DNA of 63,720 nt, filler included, from Saprolegnia diclina VS20 (taxonomy: Eukaryota), in the NCBI RefSeq assembly GCF_000281045.1. It is 5 parts of 2 records of this genome, joined end to end, with 100 filler letters (N's around TTAATTAATTAA, not from the genome) between each part and the next. Parts side by side here need not be neighbours in the genome. Positions count along the whole stretch, not along the records: positions 43,854 to 49,581 come from NW_008246108.1; positions 49,682 to 63,720 come from NW_008246108.1; 3 more parts are not named here. One strand, 5' to 3'. The position numbers and the translations under genes are program-made. Positions 48,273 to 60,790 of the stretch are shown here, piece after piece. The notes under the pieces were generated by a model, which saw only the letters and a program-made list of their open reading frames with translations, did not search any database and was not told the origin of the DNA. Position 1 is the first letter of the stretch. Each line of letters opens with the position of its first letter.

Positions 48273-49145
48273 TTAGTGCACGGCGAGGCGCGTCGTTAGG
48301 AACTGCGCGACGGCCGTGTGCCCCATGAACATGGCGGCGTCCTGCGCGCGTTGCAGGTGGCAGGCGCTCGTCGAGGCGGCCAAGAACGTGACAAGGTCCA
48401 AATGGCCGTAGCGAGCAGCGTGGATGATCTCGCTGCCGAGAAGACGCATGCGCCCGTCCGAGACGAGGCGGCGGACGAGGCGGTCGTTGCCGCGCTTGGC
48501 CGCGAAGAGAAGGCCGCTGTGGCTGCACCCTTCCGTTCGATGCGCGTAGAGCCACTCGTTGATGTCGGTATGGCCGTGGAAGATAGCTTGGTCCATGGCA
48601 CGTGTCGTGCAGCCGTCACTACGGTGCTTTGCAAGGTACTGGACGACGTGGAGGTGGCCGGCGCCCGCTGCCACGTCCATTGTGTCGGCACTAAAGCCTT
48701 CGTACGCGTGGGTGCTCAGAAATGCCATGACGTCGATGGCTCCATGGGTCGCGGCGGCGTGAACGAGCCGGCGCTGGTCGAATGGTGACAGCAAGGTCGT
48801 CTTGTGGAGCGACGCCAAGAGCGCTGCGTCGTTGCGGTATGCGCAGTAGAGGAAGAGCATGCAACCGAGGTTGGCCATGTCACGCATCGCGCGGCGAACG
48901 GCGGGCAGGCCATGGGCGGCGATCCACGGCTCGAGAATGGCGGCCACGACGTCGATCGAAGGCATGGGCTGCTCTTGCGCCGAGCGCACGAGGTGGTCGA
49001 GGCCGCGCAGCTGCAGCGAGACGATGAGCTCGAGCTGCTCCTTGTACCAGCCGTCTTGGTACGCAAAGACGACGTCGAGGAGGTCGCGCGAGTGCAGGAC
49101 GGCTTCCATATTTGGTGTTGGCGACGCTGCTGCAAGCGCATCCAT
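48273..49145 (-). CDS. Ankyrin-repeat protein of an expanded oomycete-type family
   Basis: VLHSRDLLDVVFAYQDG N-terminus. Repeats MDVAAGAGHLHVVQYL..GCTTRAMD..HRTEGCS. Confidence 0.85.
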   Translation of the reverse strand: MDALAAASPTPNMEAVLHSRDLLDVVFAYQDGWYKEQLELIVSLQLRGLDHLVRSAQEQPMPSIDVVAAILEPWIAAHGLPAVRRAMRDMANLGCMLFLYCAYRNDAALLASLHKTTLLSPFDQRRLVHAAATHGAIDVMAFLSTHAYEGFSADTMDVAAGAGHLHVVQYLAKHRSDGCTTRAMDQAIFHGHTDINEWLYAHRTEGCSHSGLLFAAKRGNDRLVRRLVSDGRMRLLGSEIIHAARYGHLDLVTFLAASTSACHLQRAQDAAMFMGHTAVAQFLTTRLAVH

Positions 49146-49581
49146 GGCTTCGAACTTCGGGCGCCAGCCAATCCTGCGTCGCGATATGTGGCACGGCCGC
49201 TTCGAATATTGCTGACTCGCTATATACATATTGCTCCCAAGAGTGCGCTCAAGCACGCAATATGCATTGCGATGTGCTGAGACGCAACAGCAACGCGGCA
49301 TGCGATGGTAGTGTATTGACCTCAAGACGCAACCTTGAAGTGTGGTGATAATGGATCATATTCAATAGTGTCTTTTACCCAACGAGGTGCCCATCTAGTC
49401 GAATTGAACACCTCGAACCCACGATGATATTGACCGATGGCGGGTTGATATTGCACATCAATATTTGCAAGCATGACTCAGAACGGCCGTGCGCCCTTTG
49501 TTGTGTCGCACTTGACGTATCGACGACATGGACTATAGTAAGAAAAATGCATTTAACGGGTTAATATTGCGTGTTCTAAAG

Positions 49582-49681
49582 NNNNNNNNNNNNNNNNNNN
49601 NNNNNNNNNNNNNNNNNNNNNNNNNTTAATTAATTAANNNNNNNNNNNNNNNNNNNNNNNNNNNNNNNNNNNNNNNNNNNN
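49582..49681. other. Artificial contig linker 44N-TTAATTAATTAA-44N
   Basis: Same 100-bp linker. Confidence 0.97.
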
Positions 49682-49891
49682 CTGCTGGCGTAAACGCGTA
49701 AAGTAATCGTATTGAATGATGGCCAAGTTCTTATCGCCTAATCTTAGTCATCGTGCTTCTTAGTGCAGCACCAACACTCGGGATGGTTTGGCTGTCACCA
49801 AGGCTGCTGCCGACATGACGGAGTGTACTGCGATAAAAAGGCTACATGTTGATAGAGAGAAAGATTAAATACGAGAAAGTCCTGCACCAAG

Positions 49892-50377
49892 CTACATCCA
49901 GACAACGACGTTCTTGCGAAAGTTGCCCGGCGTGTGCTTGGTCTCTTTCTTGACAAGCTCGTGCGGCGGCACAAAAGGCGCGCGGGGTGGCATCGCACTG
50001 CCTGTCGAGGCGCGGTACGGCTTGTCATCGTCGAGACCGAGGTCCCACTCGTCGACGACTTGAGCGTTCTCATCATCCCGATTGAAAACGATCGGGGAAC
50101 TACGGCGGTCGTCTTCCCACCACAACCCCGAACTCTTGCGTTCGAGGTCCGACGGGATCGCGATCGGCGCACTGCACGACTGGGCGCGGCGCAGCGTCTT
50201 GTCGTCGTCCGTCTTGGACAAGTTGAGCTTGCGGAGGTATTTTTGGCGCCAGTTTTTCGGCTCCGACTTGGCGGGCGCCGACGCCTTGGGCTCGGCGGCC
50301 TTGCGCTGCTCATCGGCCTGCCGCTTGGCTTGCATGTGGCGGGCAAAGTGAAGATCGGCGTGGGAAAAGGCCTGCAT
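49892..50377 (-). CDS. Hypothetical 161-aa protein with SAPIAIP and FVPPHEL motifs (S40/DUF584-like)
   Basis: Single-exon ORF with coding-like codon bias. Family resemblance rests on these two motifs only. Confidence 0.65.
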   Translation of the reverse strand: MQAFSHADLHFARHMQAKRQADEQRKAAEPKASAPAKSEPKNWRQKYLRKLNLSKTDDDKTLRRAQSCSAPIAIPSDLERKSSGLWWEDDRRSSPIVFNRDDENAQVVDEWDLGLDDDKPYRASTGSAMPPRAPFVPPHELVKKETKHTPGNFRKNVVVWM

Positions 50378-53300
50378 GCGGGCAGAACTCGGAGTGTGGT
50401 TGGCACGGAAATGAAATTATGGCTTCTCGGTTCTGAGGAGGCCCCCAGCGTGTCCCAGGTGGCGTTCGCTTATACCACGACGACGACGCGAGTGCGACAG
50501 CACGGAACCACGCGGTGGCAGAGACAGCTGCAATCTTGTAAATTCCCCAACGTAGTACCGACACATAAATGCATACCGCAGAGTCAACGCGCGGCCGTGG
50601 ACATCGCAGTGTCGAACGGGTACGAACCAGGGTCGAACGAGATCGATCATTCGACGTCAACACGCCTTCAAGTTGAGTGTGTCTGCAGAAGCTGCTGATT
50701 CTGAGAAATATGAAGCAGCAAAGATGCGTGGCAGAGCGACACGACGGTTTCACACTCGGTTTCCCAAGAGGAACAAATGCGCGCGCATCTGGTCCTCGCG
50801 AACCGTAGCGTCGTCGACGTGCTATGCGGGGCTGACACGAATGCGTCATTCGACTAGTATGGAGTAATCCATTTTCGGCCAATATGACGACCATGGCGTC
50901 AAAAGTGGTTCTTATCGCAGCTTGAAGTTGAGCATACTTTGTAAGCGAATTCCAGTCACGGGGTGACCGGTTTTCTGTAGGTCACCTGCACTTTGCAGAG
51001 GTTGGTCTAGGACGAAAGTTTGTGGCTATAAACGACACTGCGTCATTCGCGTGGTCGCAGACCGAGACACTTTTGTCGTCTTCCGACTGCAGCCGTTGGC
51101 GAATTTCGCGGTCGCCTCTCTGCGAATGCATCTGCTGTCAGCGACGCACGACGCGGGTTGATATAGTGCCGATCACCAAGTGCATTCCAAACGTCAAGAT
51201 ACATCAGATGCATCGAGACATCCTGCTCGACGATGATTTTACCCACCATTGCACGGTACATAGGGGGAGAATGGACGACGATGCGGCTTTCAAAAACACT
51301 GGAGATATCTTGCCAAGATGTCTGATTTGCAAAAAATGGTGAGTGCGAAATAGATTTGTCGTAGGCAACCTGTCCAGACTCGAGTGATGTCGCGCTGGCG
51401 AGCGGCCACACACCGATGTCATCTGGTGAGTGCATTCACTGCACAGGAACGATGGTTGCTGGATCATTCGTGGTAACCGCGCAGCATCGTGCCCCACACC
51501 ACGTCGCAGCACAAGCTTACGAGGTGATAGACTTGCTCATTGGCGCACTTGCAACTCGTATCATTCACAATGTGAGAACAGTAAACTGTACTACAGCCAG
51601 TGGCAGGAAGCAGCGTGTCGCGCAAAAAGCTGCCCCGTCGGCGAGCGAGGCTCGTCGTTATATATCCTCGCGTCAGAAGTTGAGTCCATCGATTGGTATC
51701 GTTTTCACCAAACAATGGATCTGGCGCGAGGTGACTGCTCGTCATGCACATCTGTGATTGGTGGATTTTGGAGCCTGAATGACGTGGCACGCTGGTGGTT
51801 AGGACCATACAAGTATCGCAAAGCACTCGACAAGGAGCATTATCAAGCGATGGACCCCAATTGAGTTGTAGTAGGGCAAGCTGTGCATACCTACATGATG
51901 TTTTACACCCCCCAAAAGCCCCGTTGTGAGCATAGGTAGAGTGGTCCCGCGATCGCACGGTTTGAGGCGCGTCAACCACGTTTGGTACTGCGATAGCGCC
52001 GACTATGTTGGTGACCCCTCTGTGCCGGATGGCTAACACTCGAATGCGCTGCACTCGAATGCACAACGACGTGTGAGACGACGATGCAGCCAAACTGCGG
52101 CTGGCTACAGGACTGATTGCTGTATTCTGGGACGGTCTATGTACAGTACTGTACCGTACAAATCGTTTGGGCTATGGACAGCCACCGATGGACTTGGATG
52201 GACCTTTTGCGGGCGAATCCCACTACTGGAACGAAGCTCCAGCGCAGTTACTGCTGTCGTTGGTCCACTGGTTGCTGCATGGGCGGCACGCACGTTGTTG
52301 AGGTCGCCGTGGTGTACGTGTGGAATACCACACATGATCATGTGAAAAACGTGTGAAATGCATGCCACCAAGCCGTGCCCAACGCTGTCGCCACCACAAC
52401 TGCCCGCCTCCCAGGCTGCGCCATGATATGATTCCAAGCTTCGTTGGTTGATAGCACGTGGTGCGAGGTCATCGTCTCGCACGAAACACTTGGACATTGG
52501 GGTTTGCGTCGCACCTCAGCCAGCGACACGAGCGTGGGGCAGCAGGTAGCAAAAACGACCGACTGTCGTAACTTGATATTTGTATGAATCGAAGTTCGCA
52601 TAGACAGCACTAAGAATGCATGTATAAGCTGGTTACCACTATTCGATACAAAAATAAAGGTTTTTATGGTTGTCTTCATGGCCCCCAATGAAGGCGTAAA
52701 TCATATAGCTGGAGGCTGGCGTTGTACTACACATGATATTCATGCTTTTCTAAGCTGGCTAAGCCCCATTGCATCGTGCAGTTCGACGTATTTATGAATT
52801 TATTGCCTGTCCAAATTGGGTCCATTCGCAGCGATGTCGGTTGGGTGCGCTTAGAATTGTATATGCCACATCTCCCAAATTCACTTCCAAATGCGTCAAA
52901 TGCAAACCCTTCAAGACTAATGAAGAAACTAGTTCGTTGTTGTGTGGCGCATGATATTTAATGTCTTGAGATCATAATGGTATCAACATTTTGTCGGATA
53001 CGCTCGTGTTTGGCGATGTTATGGCTTGTCCAAATTTTAAGTGGCGTTTCCATAGACGTGATCAGGTTATTTGATATTCCTAGTGCTAAATCCACGCAGA
53101 TTTGTTTTTAAATACACAACCTTCGAACTACGATCTCGTATAGTTCATTGTAAGTGATTCGTTTTTGCTACCTGCTGCGTGGGGCAGGCTGCGGTCGGCT
53201 CGTTTCCATCGACGACAACTGTACGCATGGTACTATCACTGAACATTCCTTCCACGTGCGTGGTCCCTTCGTTGTCTTTCCCTTTATACCTTTCGAGAGG

Positions 53301-53971
53301 CGACGGGAGCGTCGTTGAGCTCAAGATCGCGGGATCTATTGCAGCCAGCTGTGCGTGTACGAGCCAGTCACTGGTATACGTCCTAGCCAGCCATTAACGA
53401 GTCTGAAATTCAGTCGACGAAAGCTGTCGACGAATGTTAGTGATCCTGGCGCCGTGTGAGTTTGCACTTGGAGCTGGCGCGTGTCCGAGAAATGATTCAC
53501 ACGGTTGTCGTAGTTTCGGTAATTCCTCTGAGAATTGCAGGTTGGTCACGCTCCGACTCCAACACGCCATTTGGGATTTACCCCACAGCTCGGGGTTTTT
53601 CACATACAGGCCGCTCCAGCATTGCACGCCAGGGCCATCTCCGAGTCCGATGCGACCACTGCGACTGCGCAGCCGCACCAAGGGCACTGCGCTATGCTGG
53701 CACACCAAAGCATCATCCCGGTAGTTGAGACTGCCTCATTGTCGCGCGCTAGCCTGTGCAGCGAACGAGTGCCCACCAGTGAGAATGTAAAACTGGGATA
53801 AACTGGTGTAAAACGGAGGTATCTCCCAGCGCGACCAGATGGCGCCTGGTGATGGGCAAAAGGGCGTGGGGAGCCAGCGAGGTAGAGAGGCTGCGACAGG
53901 TGGATGATGCATCGAACGCACTTCAGCATCAAGCACAGCACGACCACGAACGACCGCCCGCAGCGCCCACG

Positions 53972-54989
53972 ATGCTCCGGCGCCTCTTCGCCATCGTTCT
54001 CGGTATGACCTCTTTACGCCCGTGGCACTGAGTGATGTACGGTCGCGACTGTAGTATGGTGCTGTCTCGAGCTAGGTGCCGCCGAGAGCACGATCTGCTC
54101 AACGCCGACCTGCCGCCTCCTCTCGGGCGAGCTCTGCGCCCGCGCCACACATGCCTGCCCCATCTGCCTCGTCGCCTTGGGCGCCAACGACACGCGATGC
54201 GTTGACGCACTCAACAGCCTCACCGAAGGCATCGCCAAGGCCGAGTGTCTCCTTGGCACCAAGTGCACGCCGCCGGCGTCGGCACCGACGGCGACACCGG
54301 CCATTGTGCCACTGCGCACCTCACGCAACGAAACCCAAAGCCCGGCACTCAACGCCGATGGCCCCGGAACACCCGTCGTCGTCACGTCGTCACCAACACC
54401 GGCCAACAACGCGACGATGATCGTCTCGCCATCGCCCACGACCGCGTCGACGGCATCGACGGACGATGCGTCGTCGTCGTCGCTGAAAAATTACGTTGGC
54501 GTCTCCGTGTGGGCAACATTTTTGATTGCAGGCATCCTCTTGGCGCGGCGCATGTACCGGCAGACGGAAGCCATCGACGATGCGCCGCGGCTCAGCGCCG
54601 ACTCGAAGGACGGTATCGCGATGCTCGACAGCTACCGCCCGTCGATGGCCAAGTTTTACAGCACGCGGTCCGATCCTGTGCTCACGCGTGGCCGGCCCCT
54701 CGACACGTTCCGGGGCATGAGCCTCCTGAGCTTGTCGTCGACCAACACGATGAACAACAACGGGACGCTGCTCGAGCGCGGGTCCAAGCCCGCGGTCGTC
54801 AACGTGCCGTTCCACGTCTTTGACGAAGCAGACGAGGAGATTGCGACGATGCGGCGACCCAACGACACGTTCAATAGCAACGCGACGTTCAACAGCAACC
54901 ACGATTCGGTCGAAGACGGCGTTTGCTTTGAGAGCATGCGGACGCGCATCTCCAACATGACAATGATTGACGCCCAGCACATCATCTAG
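53972..54989 (+). CDS. Signal peptide + Cys-rich ectodomain + S/T/P stalk + single TM protein
   Basis: MLRRLFAIVL, intron 54003-54054, then VWCCLELGAAESTICSTPTC..CPICL..C..C..C. TM YVGVSVWATFLIAGILLA followed by RR. Confidence 0.8.
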
Positions 54990-55071
54990 TCGAGAACCGC
55001 GTCCTCATAAACTATTATTTATACTGTCGATAGAACCAATGCGTTTGTCCAGTGCCCACTCGAACCGAAAC

Positions 55072-55216
55072 GTGCAAACTCCATTTTGCAAAGTGCAAAC
55101 GCATTTTTGAAATGTGCAAATGCAATCTTGAAAAGTGCAAACTCAGTTTTGCGAAGTGCAAACTCAGTTTTGCAAAGTGCAAATAAGATGTGGAAAGTGC
55201 AAATAAGATGTGGAAA
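55072..55216. repeat. Tandem array of 5x21-bp + 2x20-bp units, each starting GTGCAAA
   Basis: gtgcaaactcagttttgcaaa-type units followed by gtgcaaataagatgtggaaa x2. Confidence 0.9.
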
Positions 55217-56167
55217 TGGCATATCTCAAGGGGGCATCGCGTCGACTCCTCGTGACGGCGTGGAGTGCAAGACATGGTGGACCCGAGCTTTGTCAGGAAA
55301 CGTATCTGCGGTGGAGCGCTCAACGTGTCATCGAGCGGAGGGCAACCATCTCCAAGTGTGCGCGTCTTGGCCTCTGACAAAACGGTTGAGATCGGCCAGC
55401 GGCGCATTTCGAACAGAACACTCGGGGTTCTTTTCTGAAGCTACTTTGCCGATGCACGCGTGCTGTAACGTCTGCACTCGTGTCAAGAAGACTCTACTGG
55501 GTTGAGCGAGTGTCGACGACGCCGCCACGAATGCTCCGTACGTCTTTGGCATCGACAGTACTGCCATGCGTCTGGGGACATTGCATGCGAGCACGATATT
55601 CGCCAGCATTTCGCAAGTGGACGACACGCCCGAGGTGGTTGGTTCTGGCTTGTTTTCTGTAATTTTGGAGGGTCCGTCGCAGTTCAAAGCTGGCATACTA
55701 GCGGCAACTACATGCATGTACGACATGTGAAGATTCGGTTTTGAGCCAGCAAAGAGTCGGCGGATATGTCGTTTCCGGTCCGCCAAACATTGCAAGCAGG
55801 GTTGCACTATCACGGCGCGCCTCTCGCAAGTCGAGCTCGCTACGCTTTAAAAAGCGTAGCAACAGACAACGTATCGAAAATGCATCCGCTGATGCTGGAG
55901 CTGCAAACGGTTCTAGGTTTCTTCTAGCAAGCCCAGTCTTGTTTGCTTGGTGCCTTGAAACACACGAACGAACGACCGGCTCTTGTCGAAACAGTCGACA
56001 ATCCTCAGCATAGGACATTGAAGTAGACCATCTGATTTGGTTTAGTCGCCGTTACACTAGAAAACGGCGCAGGCTGGTTTCAGGTCTCATTCTCGCACGC
56101 AGCAGGTGGCCCTATCTCTGGTGCAACGTTCTTCAGTTGTCATTTCACTTGCTGTTGGTCATCTTTC

Positions 56168-56953
56168 ATGCTGCGGCGCAGTTGCCTTAGCGGTGTGCTC
56201 GTACTCCTCACAAACGCCATCGTCGACGCCACGACGACGACGACGACGCCGTGGCAATGCGTGCAACTGCCGCGCGGCTACGGCGCCTTTCGCTACACGA
56301 CGGGCATCCTCGAGTGCAAATCAGTGCGTGGCAACTGCCTTCTGTCGGCGACGACCGGCCATTGCAACGATACGCTGATGGTTTTACGCTGCACGGACGC
56401 CCTGCCCGACTGCGTGGCCGCGGCCAATGTCCTAGCAACCAATAACTCCACCACCGAAACGCCGACCAATCGGTCGGCTGTGCCCTTACCGATCCCGAGC
56501 AACACGACCACGTTGTTACCCAACACAACGACCCCCAGTACAACAACACGTGAGCCTTCGACACCGGGACCGACAACCGCCGACATGGTTGCAACGGCCG
56601 CCGCCGGGCAGTCGTCGTTGGACACAAAGTCGGCGGTCTGCATCGCTGTCATTGCGGCGTTGGCAGTCGTGGCGCTGGCGACGGCAGCGTGGAAGGTGCA
56701 GCGGTGGCGCCAAGAAGCCCGGCGCGCGGCGCGAACACCGTTGCCGCAGTTTACGGTGCAACATGACAAGGCCAACGAAGACAGCGTGGGACCGAGCCAC
56801 GTAGCTCTCCACTCAACACGCATGTGGTGGGAGCACCCGACGTTTCTAAACAACGTGTTCTTGAGCGGCAAATCCAGCAAGTCGAGCAAGTCCAGTCGAC
56901 ACGGCGCGCTCGACACGCCGTCGTCGTCGTCGCGCCCCCCCGTGCATCTCTAA
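56168..56953 (+). CDS. Signal peptide + Cys-rich ectodomain + Thr-rich stalk + single TM protein
   Basis: 261-aa ORF: WQCV..LECKSVRGNC..C..C..C; TM AVCIAVIAALAVVALATAAW. Confidence 0.8.
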   Translation: MLRRSCLSGVLVLLTNAIVDATTTTTTPWQCVQLPRGYGAFRYTTGILECKSVRGNCLLSATTGHCNDTLMVLRCTDALPDCVAAANVLATNNSTTETPTNRSAVPLPIPSNTTTLLPNTTTPSTTTREPSTPGPTTADMVATAAAGQSSLDTKSAVCIAVIAALAVVALATAAWKVQRWRQEARRAARTPLPQFTVQHDKANEDSVGPSHVALHSTRMWWEHPTFLNNVFLSGKSSKSSKSSRHGALDTPSSSSRPPVHL

Positions 56954-56966
56954 CACTCTTATTTTA

Positions 56967-57485
56967 CTAATTTAACATCGACGCTTTGTCTTCACGCGTC
57001 ACCAAGTCCATGTCCAAGGTCGCCTTGGGCTACAGAGTCAGCGCGCGACGCACTCGAACGCCTGGCTCGCCCACGGGTGGTAGCGGCGACCGGCTTACAA
57101 TGAGTTGGCGCATTGACGTTTCCGCAGCATGCCGGAGTTCGCGCCTGGTGAGAAAGGCCGTTGCCGACGTCCGCCACAGCTCGACACGAAACGTAAAGAA
57201 CTCGTCGAGCTGATCTAGTAGGACCCACACTACCCCGCCGAGCGCGAGGCGATAGATCACGTGCTTGAGCTCCCATGGCCACGGCAAACAGCAGAGCGAC
57301 ACCACCACGGCGCATGCGAGCACAAGTCGAAGCCTATATGAACGGCACGTGATAGCCCGGAGTCGCGCGGCCGCTGCGCGCTGGACGTCGATCGTCGTCA
57401 TGTAGTGGTGCTTGTCGCGCCGGAACGCTTCGTGGCGGTATGGCGCTTTGCAGTCGCGGTACACGAGGCTCAACGTGGTGCCCAT
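56967..57485 (-). CDS. Hypothetical membrane protein; exon structure uncertain
   Basis: ORF with hydrophobic segments and candidate short introns; no family recognised. Confidence 0.4.
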
Positions 57486-58744
57486 TCGAGGTTTCCGCAC
57501 AGCAATGAGCGAGCGATTTTATTGCAAATTCTCTGTCAAGCTCGACGTGCGTGTCCACGGCGCTGGGAGCGTGTCTGCGGCGCAATGCTGGCGTGCAACA
57601 GCGCGGGGCTATGGCGACAACAACGTTACCGTCGCGCCGATGCATTGTGATACGGCGCACCAGATTCAAAGTCGATGTGCGTCTGGCTCGAGTATATACT
57701 GTTGGGCGTTGAAGGGCTACGGGCGTTATGTGCGGAAGAAAGGCGGTGGTAGAGCCATGTACAAGTCCAATCGAAGCCTTGAGATTCCAAGTGATGAAGA
57801 CGCTCTAGTGGACCAGCCAAAGGACACAGGCCGAGCCAAAACCACACTGTACACATGGAATCGGGCATAGACCTGCCCGTGCAATGAGCCCTAACCACTT
57901 GTCAGCATCACTTGCTTGGTAGTACTTGTCAATGGCGAAGGTTCTCTTGTCAAGGTTACAGGATGCCACTTCGACGTTGTCCGGGGCGATCAACTGATAA
58001 AAGGTTTGGTGTTGGCAACGACTTCGTTTCAAGGAGCTGACCCGCCACAGATACCACCCCATAGACGCGCCCTTGCGGTGGACCACGGCACAAAAATCAT
58101 TGCACCTCATCATTACGTACGCCTCGCTACTAGGACCTGCGTGCTGCAGCGGTCGCAGTGTCGTATTTCTTGCATTCGGCTTGGTATTGTGCCGGGCTCC
58201 CACACAAATAGGTCTTGCGGTGGCCGGGATGGGCGCGATCGGGCAATGGCGTCCAGCGTACCAACGCTCGCTCGTTTTCACGTCACGCTTGCACCATTGA
58301 AGGTGCAAGGCGATGGTCGTAGAGTCTATGTAGCCGCCTTGGTGGACTTGCGATAGCGGCCGTGACCGACTGAACAATCACCGAAACGCATCCGACGATG
58401 CTGTCGCAGTCATCGACCCATCCGTCCTGCTGCAGTCGCTCATGGATAGTTGTCGCACCCTCGTACACTGTACGCATGCATCTCGCCGCCGTCGCGGGCA
58501 TGACGCTCGCAGACTGTGGCGGTCGCAGTAACTAATCTCGTTGTCACTTTTGTTGATAGAAACACACAGCACTGCGTGCAGAACGCAGCCGACCTGTCAC
58601 CTTGAGCGGAGCGATGCAAACCTCTCAAAACGCATAGTGCACGACGTATGCAATGCACGCTTGACAGGGACGGCCAATCGGCATGTCGCACAGTCGTAAG
58701 TTGCGCAGACGACGGGCTCTCGCAGCAGCATCTTTGAAGCCACC

Positions 58745-59607
58745 ATGGGCCGCCTACATGTCATGGTCCTATGCCTTCTCGTCGCCGCCGTCGCCGGTAC
58801 GTCGTGCGATCGACAGCTATGGCCTCACCTTGTGACGTAGCGACGGCGTCGCCCGACTGCACGGTCGCCTGCCTCGGTGTCGCGACCGCCGCCGCCGACA
58901 CGCCGTGCACGTACACCACGAATGCATCAACGCGCGCGACGACCTGTTTGTACATGCCAGCGGCGCAGTGCGCAACGCTGCTTCATGGAACTCTATGTGT
59001 GGTCCGGCACAACCATACCGCGGGTCTCCTTGGCGAAAAGACGACCACCACTCTCAACACGACCACACGCATCGTGGCGCCAGTGTCGACCAGCGAGCCA
59101 CCGCCACCCATCGCGACGCCCGACACTACGTCGTCGTCGTCATCGACGATCGTCGCCCTCGGTGCCGCCGCGGGCATGCTCGTCGTCATTATCGTTGTCA
59201 TTGTCTTGTGGTACCGGTGCAAGGTAGCACAAAAGCAGCAAGCCCACCAAAGCTCGGCGTTCAGCCTCGTGGGATCGACCCGGCGTCCGTACCAGCCGAC
59301 GTTGCACGACACACTGCGGTCGCCGACGCCCGAAGTCTGGGCGCGCAAGTACTCGCTCTTCGCGTCCGGGCTAAGCAAGGTACCCAAGAGCTCAAACGCG
59401 TCGTACTTGGACACAGTCACGTCGTCGAGCGTCGATCCGTGGGTCTTTAAGGAGCACGACTTGAGTTCGTCCAACTGCTCGGACATGGCGCTGTCCCAGA
59501 GCGTCGTCATGATGCGGGACACGGCCACGTTCACGCGCGACGACGACTTCTTCGATCTGACTGGCGTCTACGCGCCGCCCGAGACGACGAGCGTTCCCCG
59601 TTTGTGA
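58745..59607 (+). CDS. Signal peptide + Cys-rich ectodomain + S/T stalk + single TM protein
   Basis: MGRLHVMVLCLLVAAVA, intron 58797-58840, then ATASPDCTVAC.. (6 Cys). TM IVALGAAAGMLVVIIVVIVLW. Confidence 0.8.
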
Positions 59608-60790
59608 GTTGCATCGTGTGTGTGTCTCTGTCGGTGACTATCTATTACTCTGTCTTATTTAAATCAACAAGTCCAAGTTGCGTGATTGGCAAGACCACAC
59701 CGACGGTGGTGGTATCGCCCGAAGTACACAAATGTCATGAAAACGTGTACTATCTGAAGCAGCGTGTAGACTCGGCCATTCTTAGTTGCAAAATCTTATC
59801 GAGAAAACGTCCCTAGTATACCGTTGAGTCCTTCATTCATGGGGAGCGACTTGATGAAGATCGTCTCCGCGCACTTAACGGCGCCTCGTGGATGGTTGGT
59901 ATGCACAGATCTCCCACCCTTCGTCGTATCGCACACCTAGACATGTCGTCTAAAGTATGTCATCCACGATCACTAACTTCAGTCCGTGCCTGCCCGAGAC
60001 TCATTCGCGCTTCCGTACAATGAGCTGATACGGAGACGCGACGGGAAGGAGTAGTGCGTCACCGTGGTGTTGCATGGCACCCTTGTGTCTCTACCCACAC
60101 AGCATCACAGTCTCGTAATCTGTCGTCTCGAGCGCTCGTGGTTTTCACACGTCCAGCGTGGAGCGCCGACGTGGCATCTCGCATGGCATGGCGCCACGTC
60201 ACTTTTTCAGTGGATTTTGCATCCGGATAACTCTCGGCGGTCTGGACCAGTGCTTGGCCGGCAATAAAGTGTGGTGCGTGGCGCCTCTGACCTCTGAGGA
60301 ACGGACGACGACGGTGGGCGCTGGAAGGTCAGTTGTTTGCTGGGCGCAGCGACGCTGCCGTCGCCACGAGCCGGCGCCGATCGAACGCAATGGCTTCGTG
60401 GACGTTCCATGCCTCGTCGTGCGTGCGCCGAGCACGGCGGTGCCTGTCGATGGCGCCGGCCGCGCGGCCTATCCGGATAGCCGGTTCTTCGAAACCGTGT
60501 CGCAGCAAAGATGATGGCAACCTTGCCCGGCCCGATGCTGCTCACCCGCTGCACGGCGTCGATCGCGGACCGGTCGACACCGGCGTGTACAAGTCGTCCG
60601 AGATAATGCCGACACTAATGCATGGCATATCGGAGGCTCGGACGTCGGCCTTAGTCGCCGCGCCGTGCCCCGTCGTGTCAAGCGCCCCGTAACAGCCTTT
60701 CGCGTAACGCCATCCGTGGACCGACTGGTTGCCACTTTGCCATTGGTGGAATTGGCAAGATACAACCAATCTGCCCGTCCGCCGGTCCCG

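Noticed and set aside
17928..49681. Four recurring TTAATTAATTAA palindromes as a biological repeat
   Set aside because: Each is centred in exactly 44+44 Ns; they are artificial six-frame-stop contig linkers.
50900..53900. Scattered short ORFs, possibly a decayed gene or transposon (also 4700-7200, 28300-29090, 30600-31300, 57800-58400)
   Set aside because: No recognisable domain or consistent exon model; would need a translated homology search.
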